In this document: piece after piece, positions 48,312 through 60,400 of the stretch
How the letters are laid out: every line of letters starts with the position of its first letter
Numbering within the stretch: position 1 is the first letter of the stretch
Source of the DNA: Tetramitus jugosus
Lineage: Eukaryota; Protista; Heterolobosea
Direction: 5' to 3'
NCBI GenBank assembly: GCA_937625935.1
Contig: OW569365.1
Span: forward strand, 248,001-312,000
Length of the DNA stretch: 64,000 bases
Notes under the pieces: generated by a model
The model's input: only the letters and a program-made list of their open reading frames with translations
Database searches by the model: none
Told to the model about the DNA's origin: nothing
Program-made: the position numbers and the translations under genes

Positions 48312-51091
48312 ATGTCATCCAATAGACCGAGTGGAGAAGAGAGAATAGAAATATTTTGTAGATTTAGGCCAGTGTCCAAGTCTTCAACTGTTTCAACTTA
48401 CAAGATTGCACAAACTTTTGATAACAGCACTATTGAATTCTTGAAACCAAAGCAACACGGAGTAGGACATGTGAATAACTCTCGGGAGACTTATGATTTT
48501 CAGTTCAATGGGATTTTTGACACGGACGTGACTCAGGATGATGTTTATGATCGTTGTGCAAAGAAGTGTGTCGCGAGGTATGTGCCTTATCTCTTTTTGA
48601 TACTTGGCGTTTGAATAAATCTAATCCAACTGTTTGTAGTGCTCTCGAGGGTTACAACAGCACCCTGTTTGCCTATGGACAAACGGGTAGTGGTAAAACT
48701 TGGACCATGACAGGTGGAAGTGTTCATTACAAGGATAGAGGTGTCATTCCGAGAGCTATTTCTCACATTTTTGAGGAGATTGCCAACCGACCCGAAGTGG
48801 AATTTAATCTATACGTGAGTTACATGGAAATATACAATAACCAACCTTATGATCTACTTGATAAAAACAGAGACATTAAGGATTTAAAGGATCTGAAGTA
48901 AGTGATTCTGGTTGGATTGTATGTTGTACATGATGAAATGTTATTGAACCGTGATTTGATTTTCTAAAGAAAACTAGTTTTACAAGAAGACAAGGAGGGA
49001 ACTATCCATTTCAAAAACTATCATCCCATACCCGTTAGATCTGAAGAAGAAGCTTTAGAAATACTCTTTGTTGGAGACCAGAATAGAGCACTCTCAGAAA
49101 CTCAGATGAACGAAGCTTCTTCTCGTTCTCATTGTATATTCACTATGCATATTGAATCAAAAGCCCCAAATTCGAACACCTTCAAAGCATCAAAGATGCA
49201 TCTCGTTGATCTTGCCGGTTCAGAAAGAGTTTATAAGTCAGGATCAACAGGTCAGACCCTAAGTGAAGCCAAGAATATTAATTTGTCACTTCACTTTCTA
49301 GAACAAGTTATTGTAGCTCTCTCTGAAAAACAGGAACACATTCCCTATCGAAATTCAACCATCACTTGGTTGTTGCGTGATAGTTTAGGCGGAAATTGCA
49401 AAACAGTAATGGTAGCTACTCTCAATCCCTCAAGGGAACATTTGGAGGAAACTATCTCAACTTGCAGATTTGCTCAAAGAGTGGCATCCATTAAACAGCA
49501 AGCTATGGTCAACGAAAGAGTTGATCCTGTTGTCCAAATTACTCAATTGAAACGAAAAGTGGTTCAATTGGAAGAAGAATTGGCTTTCTTGAAAGGCGAG
49601 GGAAAAAATAGAGAAGAAATTGACAACAACGAGAGGGCGATCATTAGACAAAAGGTAGAAGAATATGTTGCAGACAAAGATAATCTCTCAGAATTAAATT
49701 TGGGAGGAGATCATTTGAGAATCAAAGAAGCCTTTATCATATTCAAACAATTGTTAATTCAAGCGAGAAAGAAACGGCCTGGGCCAAGTTCAGAAACTAC
49801 GAACATAAGTGTGGAGATTGAGAAGACTCCTCAACAAACTCCTACAATGAAGCCTCAATCCAATCCAATACAAGCTCAAGTTGTTCCCATAAGTATTCAA
49901 GAGCAACTGAAGAACCTTACACTAGGTGTCGAGTTGCGAGACCGAGAAATTGAGATATTGGTGAGCATGTTGGACAAAAAGAGTAAGGAAAGGAATGAAG
50001 TGGCTATCCAAACGATGGACTATGAATCAGGAGTTTCCAGGACAGAACTTAGAGATTTTCCAGTAGAACGAAGCGAAGATTCAACTAATGAGAACTTTAC
50101 TAAGGAAACGATTAACAATCGAATAGAAAAAGAGAAGGAAAGGGTTCTTCGAACCTCAAAGCCAACCTATGAGTATTCAAACGAAAAAGTCATGCAGTTG
50201 GCGAGTACTCATGGAATGATTAGTAGGGCGAAAGCTTTTGAAGTGTTCCGGAAGAGCTATCGACAAAATAGTGTAATAGAAAAGAACAAGTCGTTGCTGA
50301 AAGACAAAATCGACGAAGCAAAAGGAATAGGAAAAGAATTAGAACAAACCAAGTACTTCGTCAACAAGTTAAAAGAGCAATTAGTTAGACGGAGAACTGA
50401 GAGAGCAGCACAAGGTCTGATGAACCCAGATAAAGTGTCAAGTGAAGATGAGGATGAAGAGAGGATAAAGGAAGAGATGATTGAACAGCGGGACCAATAC
50501 AACAAACTGATGGAACGAATGCAAAGTTTAAAGAAAGAGATCAAGTACATGCAGAACGCCCTCAAGAGCAGCGCTGAAAAAGTACAAAAGGACTTCCAAC
50601 AGTGGTACGCCACCACACATGGTCAATTTGATGCTCAAGATTCTTCGACATATCAAGACAACATGGATAACTATAACACTGAGAGTGATTTTATTCCGAA
50701 GAAAAAGTCAACTGAAGAGTCGCCCAGAAGTTCGCTACGAGCTTCACTAGAGGAGTCGACAAAGTCATGGTCAGACACTAGAAGTGTGATGAGTAGTTCC
50801 ACTGACAGATCAAGTGCCTTATCTACTGCAACTTCACGGAGCAATCTTTCTTCACTCTATTCCTATCAATCAGGTTCAACAAAACCTGATCGAGATATAG
50901 ACGTGCGCCAAGCATGGGGAGATCCAGTCAAGGAATATGATTCAACATCAACTAAGGATGGATCGAATGATTTCAAATCACGACTTGGCTCTTACTTGAG
51001 CATGAAAACCAATGTGCAACGAACGTCAGAGCAAACATCGAGTGTCCAGCCTAAACGGATGAGTTTGTTGGACAGAGCTCGGAATCTGTAA
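48312..51091 (+). CDS. KIF6: Kinesin-9 family motor, KIF6-like; exons 48312-48577, 48640-48897, 48970-51091
   Basis: [19 protein letters not shown]...[41 protein letters not shown]. Two GT-AG introns restore the frame. Confidence 0.88.
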
Positions 51092-51185
51092 ACCCCCTCC
51101 TTCTTAAAACAACATAAATCTGTCTTGGTCAACCAATATGGATGACAAGTATGTCTCTAAATGGTACTTTGCACAATGTGAAATG

Positions 51186-52937
51186 TTAAATCGCATATGA
51201 TGACCAAAGCAAGGAATTGAGTATGATTTGTGCTCCTGCTGGCTGATTCTTATTCCAACTCTCTGTTATCAGCTCATTATTCACAGCAAAGAAATTCAAT
51301 ATCACTACTCTTTCCTTGTCGCACCGCACAGCAATTGCTGGTATATTGTCTGGCCATGTTGCCAGTAACTTATTCTTTCCATCTTTTGTGTGCTTGAACG
51401 GTGACCTGCACCTATACTTTCCGAGAATAAATCGGTCCACTCCCTTTACAATCGGATGAGCCTTATCTAACACAATCATTGGATTGTCAGCTGTTGAATA
51501 GTCGTGCTGTGGTGACCCTAGCGCACATGGGCACATGTCGCTGTCAGCCAGTTTTCCCTTCAATGACAACCCACCACTGTTTGCAAACGTAGTGATGACA
51601 AGACCACCATTGTTCTTCTCGACAAACTCGGCCAACAAGTCTCCCAGAACGGTGCGATCCACGAAATTACTACTATTGGAGAATGCCAAGATGGCACTAT
51701 ATTCGAATAGTTTGCTCTTTGTAATCATCTTCTTGTTTGCATTAAACTTGTCAACACATTCGGCATCAATACCCAATCTCTTGACTTCATCATCCACTAG
51801 TTTACGAACATTTTCAATGCGTTCATCTCTGTCGCCACCCAATATCAATATACGAATCTACAATAACCAAACCAGCAATAGATAAAATACACATGAACAC
51901 AATCAATATGCAATTGGTTAATAAATATTGTGACTCATACAAACAATACTACGAAAAAACAACAACATACGGTTCTGCGCGGTGTCGTCACAAACTTGTG
52001 ACTCAACACTGATGAATCTCTCGTGATGTAGAATGAAGCAATATCGAGCATTTCTGACTGAGAAAGAACACACGTCGGTCTCACAAGCTTCACAAAATCC
52101 ACTTGATCCATCAACGGATACCTCACTGCATAAATCAAATCACCCAACACTCGAATCAACAATTGTGTCTGTGGTGACAGCATGGACAACTCTTGTGAAC
52201 TCATATTACTACTGCTGCTCATATTCGTATTTCTACTACTACTACTACTACTATTGCTATGATAATGATGATAATGATGATTGCCTCTCTCACATTGAGT
52301 GACTCCCCAGTTGACAATGGCTTGAAACAGAGCAATCTCTGAAATGTTGATTGCATTGTCACTCACAATAGCATACACATCATCATGACACAAATCATAA
52401 AATGCGTGCAACCGGTTGTCTTCACTGTTCACATCCAACAATCGACTCGCATTGTGCAAAATGTACTTTAGTGAATTGACCTCCAATGTTCTCATGCTGT
52501 ACAGTCGTGCATGAACAAACGTACTGAAAATGTTGTCATCATTGAGACAATGTTCACTCATGTATCTCTCACATGTCTGTTCAAGTGAATTGATGCTGTA
52601 CTTGTTGGCCAAATTTGAAATTTCAATCACGTTGCCCAGTGTAATATTGTCCACAATCTTATCAATGTACATGTATTTGAGAAAGATGAGAAATGCTTCT
52701 ATACTACACTCTCTCTCATCAATCACTGTCATGTTATTATTCGCATTATTATTAGTATTATTATTAGTATTGTTGTTAGTATTATTGTTGCTATTATTAT
52801 TTTGATTGTTGTGAGCGACAGTATCATCATGTGAGAATATGGCTGCTGCTGCAGCTGCTGCTGTCGTTGTTGTGGTAATAGTAGTAGAAGAAGGTGACAA
52901 TGGTGTTGTGATTGAGTGTTCACCACTATTGTGTGAA

Positions 52938-52971
<34 letters not shown>

Positions 52972-53657
52972 GGATGAATGGATGATGATTATTATTGTTA
53001 CTGGTGGTAGTGGCGGTGGTTCTAGTAGTGGTTGTGAATAATGGATTGTAAAACATGTTCCGAAACACTGTACTCCTTGCTAGAATGAGCTTATGAGCAT
53101 AGATGCGTTCATTCTTGACAAGAAAACAAACATCAGGCACCATTTCCAAATTGTTCATTGACCATAACAAGTGTTGTTCCAATGGTGTGACTGCTGATGA
53201 CAATTCAACATTGCTATTATTATTATTGTTGTTGTTGTTGTTGTTGTATTCTTGTTCATCGACTGTATCGCCATTATTTTTATGATCACTCAACATCATG
53301 TTGGATTGACTATTATTATTACTACTACTACTACTACTATTGATAATGTTGTTATGAGTGCCATCCATCATTGTCATCATCATTGAATGATAATTGGTAG
53401 ATGATGAGGAGGGAGATGGAGATGACGATGATGACTGATGTTGTTGCATCTGAGATAGTGAAGAAACAATAGATGTTGTTGCTGTTGTTGGATTGAAAAA
53501 CAAGTGACTATAGGGTGATGACAATGATGGTGAATGAGTTGTCACTTGTTGTTGTTGGAAATGTTGATGATGATGATGATGATGATAGGGATGATAGGAT
53601 GGAGATGTAGAGGAATGATCAGATAATGAAGAGGGTACAGGTGATTGTGGATGATGA

Positions 53658-53689
<32 letters not shown>

Positions 53690-53764
53690 GTGATGATGAT
53701 GATGGAAGTGATGACGCTGATGAGGATGATGCTCATCAGACTCACTTGTCCCGCGATTGTTCAT
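51186..53764 (-). CDS. BTB/POZ-BACK protein with C-terminal alpha/beta (class I GATase/ThuA-like) domain; exons 53764-51971 and 51857-51186
   Basis: DVCFLV...IYAHKLILARSTVFRNMF, FLKYMY, BACK (ISEIALFQAIVNW, VRYPLM). Intron 51970-51858 (GTATGT...TTGTAG) fuses the 220-aa downstream ORF in frame. Confidence 0.8.
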
Positions 53765-54123
53765 GAAGTATATTATTATTAAGTGATGTGAATTTCAATC
53801 AAAGAGAGTAATGTGATAGACTGCTGTTGTTGTTGTTGTTTGAAGTGTTGTTGAGGGATGGTGTTTTTCGAGCTTTTTGTGCGCCTTGAACTTTTATTCC
53901 AGTTGGCGCGCTCTGACTCGTCGAAAGTGTGAAGATTGGAGAGCAACAACTGTATACCAGAGAGAATCACTGTGGATTGACTTCAATTCTTTTACGTGTG
54001 CTTTTCAGAACTCCTGTGGGGGTCGCAAAACGGAAACCACATGCTCAACGGGAGCAAACTCCAAGTTCCCAAGTTCGAAAATAGTATTTCACCGAAGGAG
54101 AAAACCAATCAAACAAGAAAAAA

Positions 54124-57100
54124 ATGCAAATACAACAACAACCATTAACAACAACAAATTCTAATGAGAACCAACAGCATCGACAAGGAGAAGTAGTACC
54201 ACCTCCTCCACCCATGACTGCCACTCAATCACTTCCACAATCTCAACCCCCACGGAAAAATAAAAACATTTCATCAGTGAACGAAATCATTAGTGATTCA
54301 AATTCAACTCTGGCAAACAAGCTTGTGAATGATGATGACAATGTGATACCATCTCCACATGCCAACGCTCAATACTATACTCTGCTTCAACAACAACAAA
54401 AATCATTACCATCACAACATCACAACAGAAAGCAAAATCATTACAACATGGTGAAAAATAGTGATCCACACAACAACAGGTCATTGATTTCGAATAGTAA
54501 TCCTTATTATGCATCACTACCATCGTCATCGTCATCATCATCATCAATTGATTCATCATATCCCTATTATCATTCACCTCATCATCATCACCAGCATCAC
54601 CAGCATCCATTATCAGTTGTACCTTCATTCAATAATAACAACCACAACCACAAGAATCATCAATCAAGATCCAATTTCATGAAATGGTTGATTCGTTTTG
54701 TCATGATGCTATTGACAGTCAGCGTAGCCAGTGCATTCAAATCACTGTTCAAATGGATTTGTGCTCGACCTGTGATTCAACACTGGTATTCGTCCTACTG
54801 GTCATCACTCACAAACAACAACAGCAGCAACAACAACAATACGAATCAAACTGTCACTACTGACAACTCGTCTATCAATCAACAACAACAACAACAACAA
54901 GATAACAACAACACGAACAAGAACCATCATCCTACCAATAATCATAATCATAATACTACTAACACTACTGCTAGTCATGAAAAGAGTAACGATCCGTACT
55001 ATGATATGATTGAGTTGAAATTAAAGATGAAATATTTGGAAGATCAACTCTCTGATTGGAAACAATTGACAATGAAGAACATGGATCATCATCATCATCA
55101 TCCACTACCATCCACATCATCATCATCATCATCATTACTCAACAATACGAACAATAACAACAACAATTATATGAATGATCGTCAATTGAATGATATAAAG
55201 ATGGAATTGAGTAAAATGAAGTCGTTACTCAAAGGATACACATCTGCTGCTCGCACCCAATATTATCATCCTCCTTCTGTTCCTCTGACTCATCGTCCAC
55301 AACACGCACAACAACAACAACAAGACGAGACAGCATCATCTATCCATCATCACCCTCACAACAACAACAACAACTATAGCAAGACAAGTAATGAGAGACA
55401 TCATGATGCTCAAATGTACGGTTACAGTGAATCATATGATTTCTCTTCTGGTCAAAAGAAGAAGCAAAAGAACAGAGGTCCATCATCATTGGATCATTAT
55501 GATCACAATGATATGAGTGATAGTGGTGATAGTGATGATTCGTTGGGCATTGGAAAGAGAATCAATGCATTTGAGGACGACACTCAATCACTCATGAACA
55601 ACATGTACAACAGCAACAGTCGATCCCTATTGAATAATACGAATAATAATAATAAGAATTCCGTTGAGCAACATCATACGGCCAATATCCAAACAGTGTT
55701 TGTGGAACCATCGATATCCTCATCGGCATTGTCCAATGCTGTTGTCAATTCTGCACAAGACAAAGATTCCAGTGTTGCGACAATACAACAACAATCTTTG
55801 TCAACAGATGCTCAACAAAATCAAGACTCTCCAGCAACAACGAACATGATTGAACGATCAGATGAAGAATTTGATTATGGCATGTTCGATGGGACGATAC
55901 CTTCGTTTGATGACTTGTTTACGAGTGCTAGCTCTGTCGCACAACAGAACCAAGATCACCCTTGGATGAAAAACTTGTTGAGAACGGAGGAGGATGCACT
56001 CACAGGTGAGTCATCCAATGTGAATGAGACTGCTGCTATGGCTGAAACAGACTCGTATCAGAGTAACAACAAGAATGACTACTTTTTTGGACAGTCTCAT
56101 GATGAGTATCAGGAGTTGGATTCGAGTCAGAGTACGTTTGGTATCAATCAGGTTCAACCATTCAAGACTGAAGATTCAAATCAAGTGGAAGAGTTGACTG
56201 CCATGATGAAACAAACAGAACAAAGCACACCCAAATTCCAAAACTCAAAATTGTTTAAGCTCTTTGAGAAAATTGGCAGTGGAGATGTTTCAATTGACAA
56301 CAATAATCAACTCGTGAATACGAAGGCAAAGAAGAAGAGAAAATCTACTGTTACTGTGAACAAGCGGAAAAAGAAGGTACCTGTGTCAGATTCAGCAGAG
56401 ACGACTCCAAGCATAACCACCGAAACAGCAATCACGACAACAATGGAAACTACGGAAACAATGGAAAAACTAGCGACGGGTTCGTTACCTAATGTTGAAA
56501 ACCAGATGCCTCGAGAAGGACTCTCAGCAACCGAATCTATTCCATCAACCAATGCATTTGAAGTATTTGATACCTATGATTTTGACAATGACGAGAGATA
56601 CCAAAATCTGTTAAAGTTTACTGAGACGAAGGGCACTTTGCAATCATTGGATACATCCAACAAAGCATATGCACTGCTAAAACTCAAAGCAAAATACTAT
56701 ACGAAACATTTTGCCTCTGAAGACAACAAGTTCGACTTTGCAGAGTATTGTCAAGCAAGAAACATAGACATTCCAAGCAATATGGGATCCACGAAACCTG
56801 ATGACAGAGCTTCAACAGGAATCAACGACCAAGCACAAGTAGAAATTGTCCATACATCAGCAACTTTAATGATCGACGAAGAAGGAAACAGTATTGTGTC
56901 GATTGAAGAACCTGATGATACTGTCAACACGAAAGAAGTACAATCTGTAGAAGAGAGCAACACGACTGTAGAAGCGAGTTCAGACACCGATGCACCAAGA
57001 TATCCTGATAGCTATATGACTACCTTGCAGAATCTGACGCAGGGTATCATGCCTAGTGATGTGAAGATTATTGAGACAAAAGTCAACCCCAATGTTATCC

Positions 57101-57354
57101 CAACAGCATCGAAGATGGTCAGGAAATTGAAACCTTGGGAGAGGAAGAAGATCAAGGAGGAGACCGTTCCAGCAAATGAGAGCGCAACCACAAGTGAACC
57201 ACTACCCGCAACAGCTAATAACACCAATTCAGTAGAAGTAGAAAATTGTGCTACTTTAAATGTGGTTCGACGAACAATTGGATTGAAGCGACATTCTGAT
57301 TTCGATTGCAGTTTTGGCCGAAATGTTGAGGAACTTTTTCCATCAGGCAGTTGA
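54124..57354 (+). CDS. Peroxin-like composite protein (PEX14-like core, PEX7-binding-like motif, PEX39/KPWE module)
   Basis: Hydrophobic segment, coiled coil LNDIKMELSKMKSLL, FQNSKLFKLFEKIGSGDVSI, FDTYDFDNDERY...KAKYY and YPDSY...KLKPWE. Confidence 0.65.
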   Translation: MQIQQQPLTTTNSNENQQHRQGEVVPPPPPMTATQSLPQSQPPRKNKNISSVNEIISDSNSTLANKLVNDDDNVIPSPHANAQYYTLLQQQQKSLPSQHHNRKQNHYNMVKNSDPHNNRSLISNSNPYYASLPSSSSSSSSIDSSYPYYHSPHHHHQHHQHPLSVVPSFNNNNHNHKNHQSRSNFMKWLIRFVMMLLTVSVASAFKSLFKWICARPVIQHWYSSYWSSLTNNNSSNNNNTNQTVTTDNSSINQQQQQQQDNNNTNKNHHPTNNHNHNTTNTTASHEKSNDPYYDMIELKLKMKYLEDQLSDWKQLTMKNMDHHHHHPLPSTSSSSSSLLNNTNNNNNNYMNDRQLNDIKMELSKMKSLLKGYTSAARTQYYHPPSVPLTHRPQHAQQQQQDETASSIHHHPHNNNNNYSKTSNERHHDAQMYGYSESYDFSSGQKKKQKNRGPSSLDHYDHNDMSDSGDSDDSLGIGKRINAFEDDTQSLMNNMYNSNSRSLLNNTNNNNKNSVEQHHTANIQTVFVEPSISSSALSNAVVNSAQDKDSSVATIQQQSLSTDAQQNQDSPATTNMIERSDEEFDYGMFDGTIPSFDDLFTSASSVAQQNQDHPWMKNLLRTEEDALTGESSNVNETAAMAETDSYQSNNKNDYFFGQSHDEYQELDSSQSTFGINQVQPFKTEDSNQVEELTAMMKQTEQSTPKFQNSKLFKLFEKIGSGDVSIDNNNQLVNTKAKKKRKSTVTVNKRKKKVPVSDSAETTPSITTETAITTTMETTETMEKLATGSLPNVENQMPREGLSATESIPSTNAFEVFDTYDFDNDERYQNLLKFTETKGTLQSLDTSNKAYALLKLKAKYYTKHFASEDNKFDFAEYCQARNIDIPSNMGSTKPDDRASTGINDQAQVEIVHTSATLMIDEEGNSIVSIEEPDDTVNTKEVQSVEESNTTVEASSDTDAPRYPDSYMTTLQNLTQGIMPSDVKIIETKVNPNVIPTASKMVRKLKPWERKKIKEETVPANESATTSEPLPATANNTNSVEVENCATLNVVRRTIGLKRHSDFDCSFGRNVEELFPSGS

Positions 57355-57440
57355 ACTTTTTCTTCGTCGGACTTTTGACGATTGATCAACAAAAAACAAA
57401 ATAAAAACACAAAGCGACAACAAACGAACGACAACAGAAT

Positions 57441-60400
57441 ATGAGCAAAAAGAGAAAAAATTCGACCGTTTCCCTCAATAATGAGGACAACAATGACATT
57501 CCCACTTTGACAGACGACAATTCAACACCTGCTGCCAAACGATCCAAAAGAAACAACAAGGCAAATGAGAGAGAAACCATTGATCGTTTGATCACAACTA
57601 TTCAAACACCAATCTACAACTTGTTGGTTGCCCATGAAACACACTTGTTTCACTACACGTACTATCCTCAACTCAAAGATCAAGTTGCCTTTCTGCGTGA
57701 TGGTTATTTGGCATTTGTTTCCAACATGGAGCAGCTTCCGGATTTGAATGAATATGTGAAGCAATATCTTGTGAAGAAACCACCGCTCAACAATGGATTC
57801 AACCTGCCTGATGTCATGCTCTGTGAAATCACAAAGATTAAATACTCTTGTTGCAACGTGTTGGCCAAGGGTGTGGCATTTACTCTGAGAACAATCAAAT
57901 TCAAGGTGTTGGAAATTCCACAGCACGATGCATCCAGTGGTAATCATAGTGGTGCTGATGAGAGTAGTGGTGGTGGTGGTGGATTGACGGACAAGCAAAA
58001 AAAATTGATTGGAACAGAGTTTGAATTGGACTATATTGATCATCCGTCGTGCATGGCCAATTATATGGTGTTGAGAGAGTTGTATGAGAACTCTATTGAT
58101 TTTCTGAAAAAATTGAAGAAGAATGACTCGATTCACACCAGTTTCGACAAGAGTTACCACGAGGGAAAAGTGGTAGAGATTGGACCGAGGGACGAATCGA
58201 AACCGTTGAGCCTATGGGAAAATGTTTTGGTCAAGTGGCAAGACGGTGAATCAAGTGACTCGCGTGTCAGCGTATGGGAGATTAAGGAAGTGGGTGATGA
58301 GACCACTGTACTAGCACAGATACCAAAGATGAGCTCTGATCTCACAAAGAAGCTAGAAAAGGCATTTCTTGATTTCTTGAACTCTGAGCTCTTTTTTAAG
58401 GTGCCACTGTACAAGCCATCTGATCCATATCCCCTCTTACTTGCCATCGTTGTCGATAGACTAAAGAGCAACTTTTATAGGCATTTGGAGCATTTTGAAT
58501 CAGACGTCAAACATATTGTCAAAACTATTTCAAAGATATCGACCGAAGGTGCAAAGGTATTGAAAAAATTTGGACAGGAGATTGGTTCAATCATCGGGAA
58601 CACTTCAGGTAGCCTTACGAGCACAACAACCACGAAGGCATCCTCCTCCACATCAAGTACAACAAAAGCCAATTCACTAATCAAAGTGAAGAAAACCGAG
58701 GCAGCGTCATCTGTGCCCACCCTTCTTGATGATGATCTCACCTCTTCACTCTTGAATCTCACGTCCAAACAAGCCAAACCTAAGGAGAGTCTAGAGAAAG
58801 AAGTAAAGACTCCCAAGAAAGAGAAAGAAAAGGGAAAGGAGAAAAGAAAAGAAAAAACGAAAGAAAAGGGCAAAGAGAAAGAAAAAGAGAAAGAAAAGGA
58901 GAAGGGCAAAGAGAAGGAGAAAAAAAAGAAAACTGAAACAAAAAAGGAAGCAAAGAAAGAATCAAAGAAGGAAACAAAGAAAGCAGAGACAACAAAGAAG
59001 GAGACAAAGAAGGATGGCGCAAAAGCTGAAAAACAGAAGAAGAGCCCTAAGAAGGCCTCAAAGGCAAAGCAATCTGAGCCGCAGCCATCAGGCGAGCCAG
59101 CAACTGCAGCCGGCCAACTTCGAAGACCTATTCTTGATGTCGACAACAACGAAAGGATTATTAATTCAATATCAGGCTTCACTGGCGAATCAGTCCCAAA
59201 GAATATTCTTCCCAGCATTCCAAAGATAGCAAAGAAGAACGAACTACAGAAAATTGATCAATCTACAAAACCTGAGAGTGAGAGTAAGGTTGATGAACCA
59301 ATTAATTTTGAGACTGACGAGGTACTCTATGGTGAGAGTGTTCTCTCAACCGAAAAGAAACGAACTGCAAAGAAAGAACCCAACGAAAAGCAAGTCAAAG
59401 AAAAGAAAGCAAAGCCAAAGACAGAGAAAAAAGAAAGAGAAAAGAAGAGTAAGAAGGACAAAGAGCAAAAACAGCCAGCAGATCTCAAGCTAAAAATCAA
59501 ACTTACGGCTCCAAATGCCACTGAAACTGAACCTGCCAGCACAACTATAATCAGTATCCCCGCGACTTCCTTCTCCATGATCAATGATCACAGAGAAGAG
59601 GAAGTAGACGATTTCGATGGAGGTTTTGGAAGTGTTGATCGTGAAGTTCCATTCGTGCCTCCTCCTTCAATCCTCGAAGAGCAAAGTCAGATGATTACAG
59701 ATGAGGAAGAACCTCAACATGTCGAAGAGTTTGGAGCTCCAAATGTTGAAACAGTCGTCCCTCCTGTTAAGGTTAAGTTTTCTATGGCTCCTGTGGCGGC
59801 AGTGACTCATGCTATTCCTAAGGAGAGTGCTCCTACGATCAAACGCCCTCATTTGAACTTCTCATTAAATTTGAAGAAGAAAGATCTGGGGATGGACATT
59901 GTTGATCAACATATGGAAGACGTATTCGAATTATCTGATGATTCTAACCAGCACGTACATCCAACAGAGATTGTATCCAATGAGGATAATTTGAACGAAA
60001 TTAATGTCTCCTTAGTCACCAAGAGCGATTCAGATATGATCCAAGTGGATATGACAACTAATGATGATGTTGATCCGATTCAACAGAAGCAGTATCAAAA
60101 ATGGCAGCAAGCACTTGTCAATTGGCAACAACATAATACAGCTTCTACTAAGACATCAGACTATGAGTTGCGCGAAGAACCTATACTCAGCGAACAATCT
60201 CCATTGTATCATAGCTCTGTTACACTAACTACCAGTGTGAATCGTGCACCATTTATCAATCAGGAGTATTATGCTCCAATGCGAAAGATGACTAACAGTA
60301 CACATAGCTCAAATGCTCTGTGCTGTTTCAAATTTCACAAGAATTTGAGTAATGACACCAGCGTTTCCGCTCATAATCTGATTCTTCACTCCTTCTGCAT

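Noticed and set aside
39390-57354. Functional peroxisome cluster (SKL serpin plus peroxin-like gene)
   Set aside because: The two genes are about 14 kb apart and separated by unrelated genes, so there is no evidence of clustering.
58475-59218. 247-aa F/S-rich minus-strand ORF resembling a membrane protein
   Set aside because: Reverse complement of the KE-rich linker of the + strand gene.
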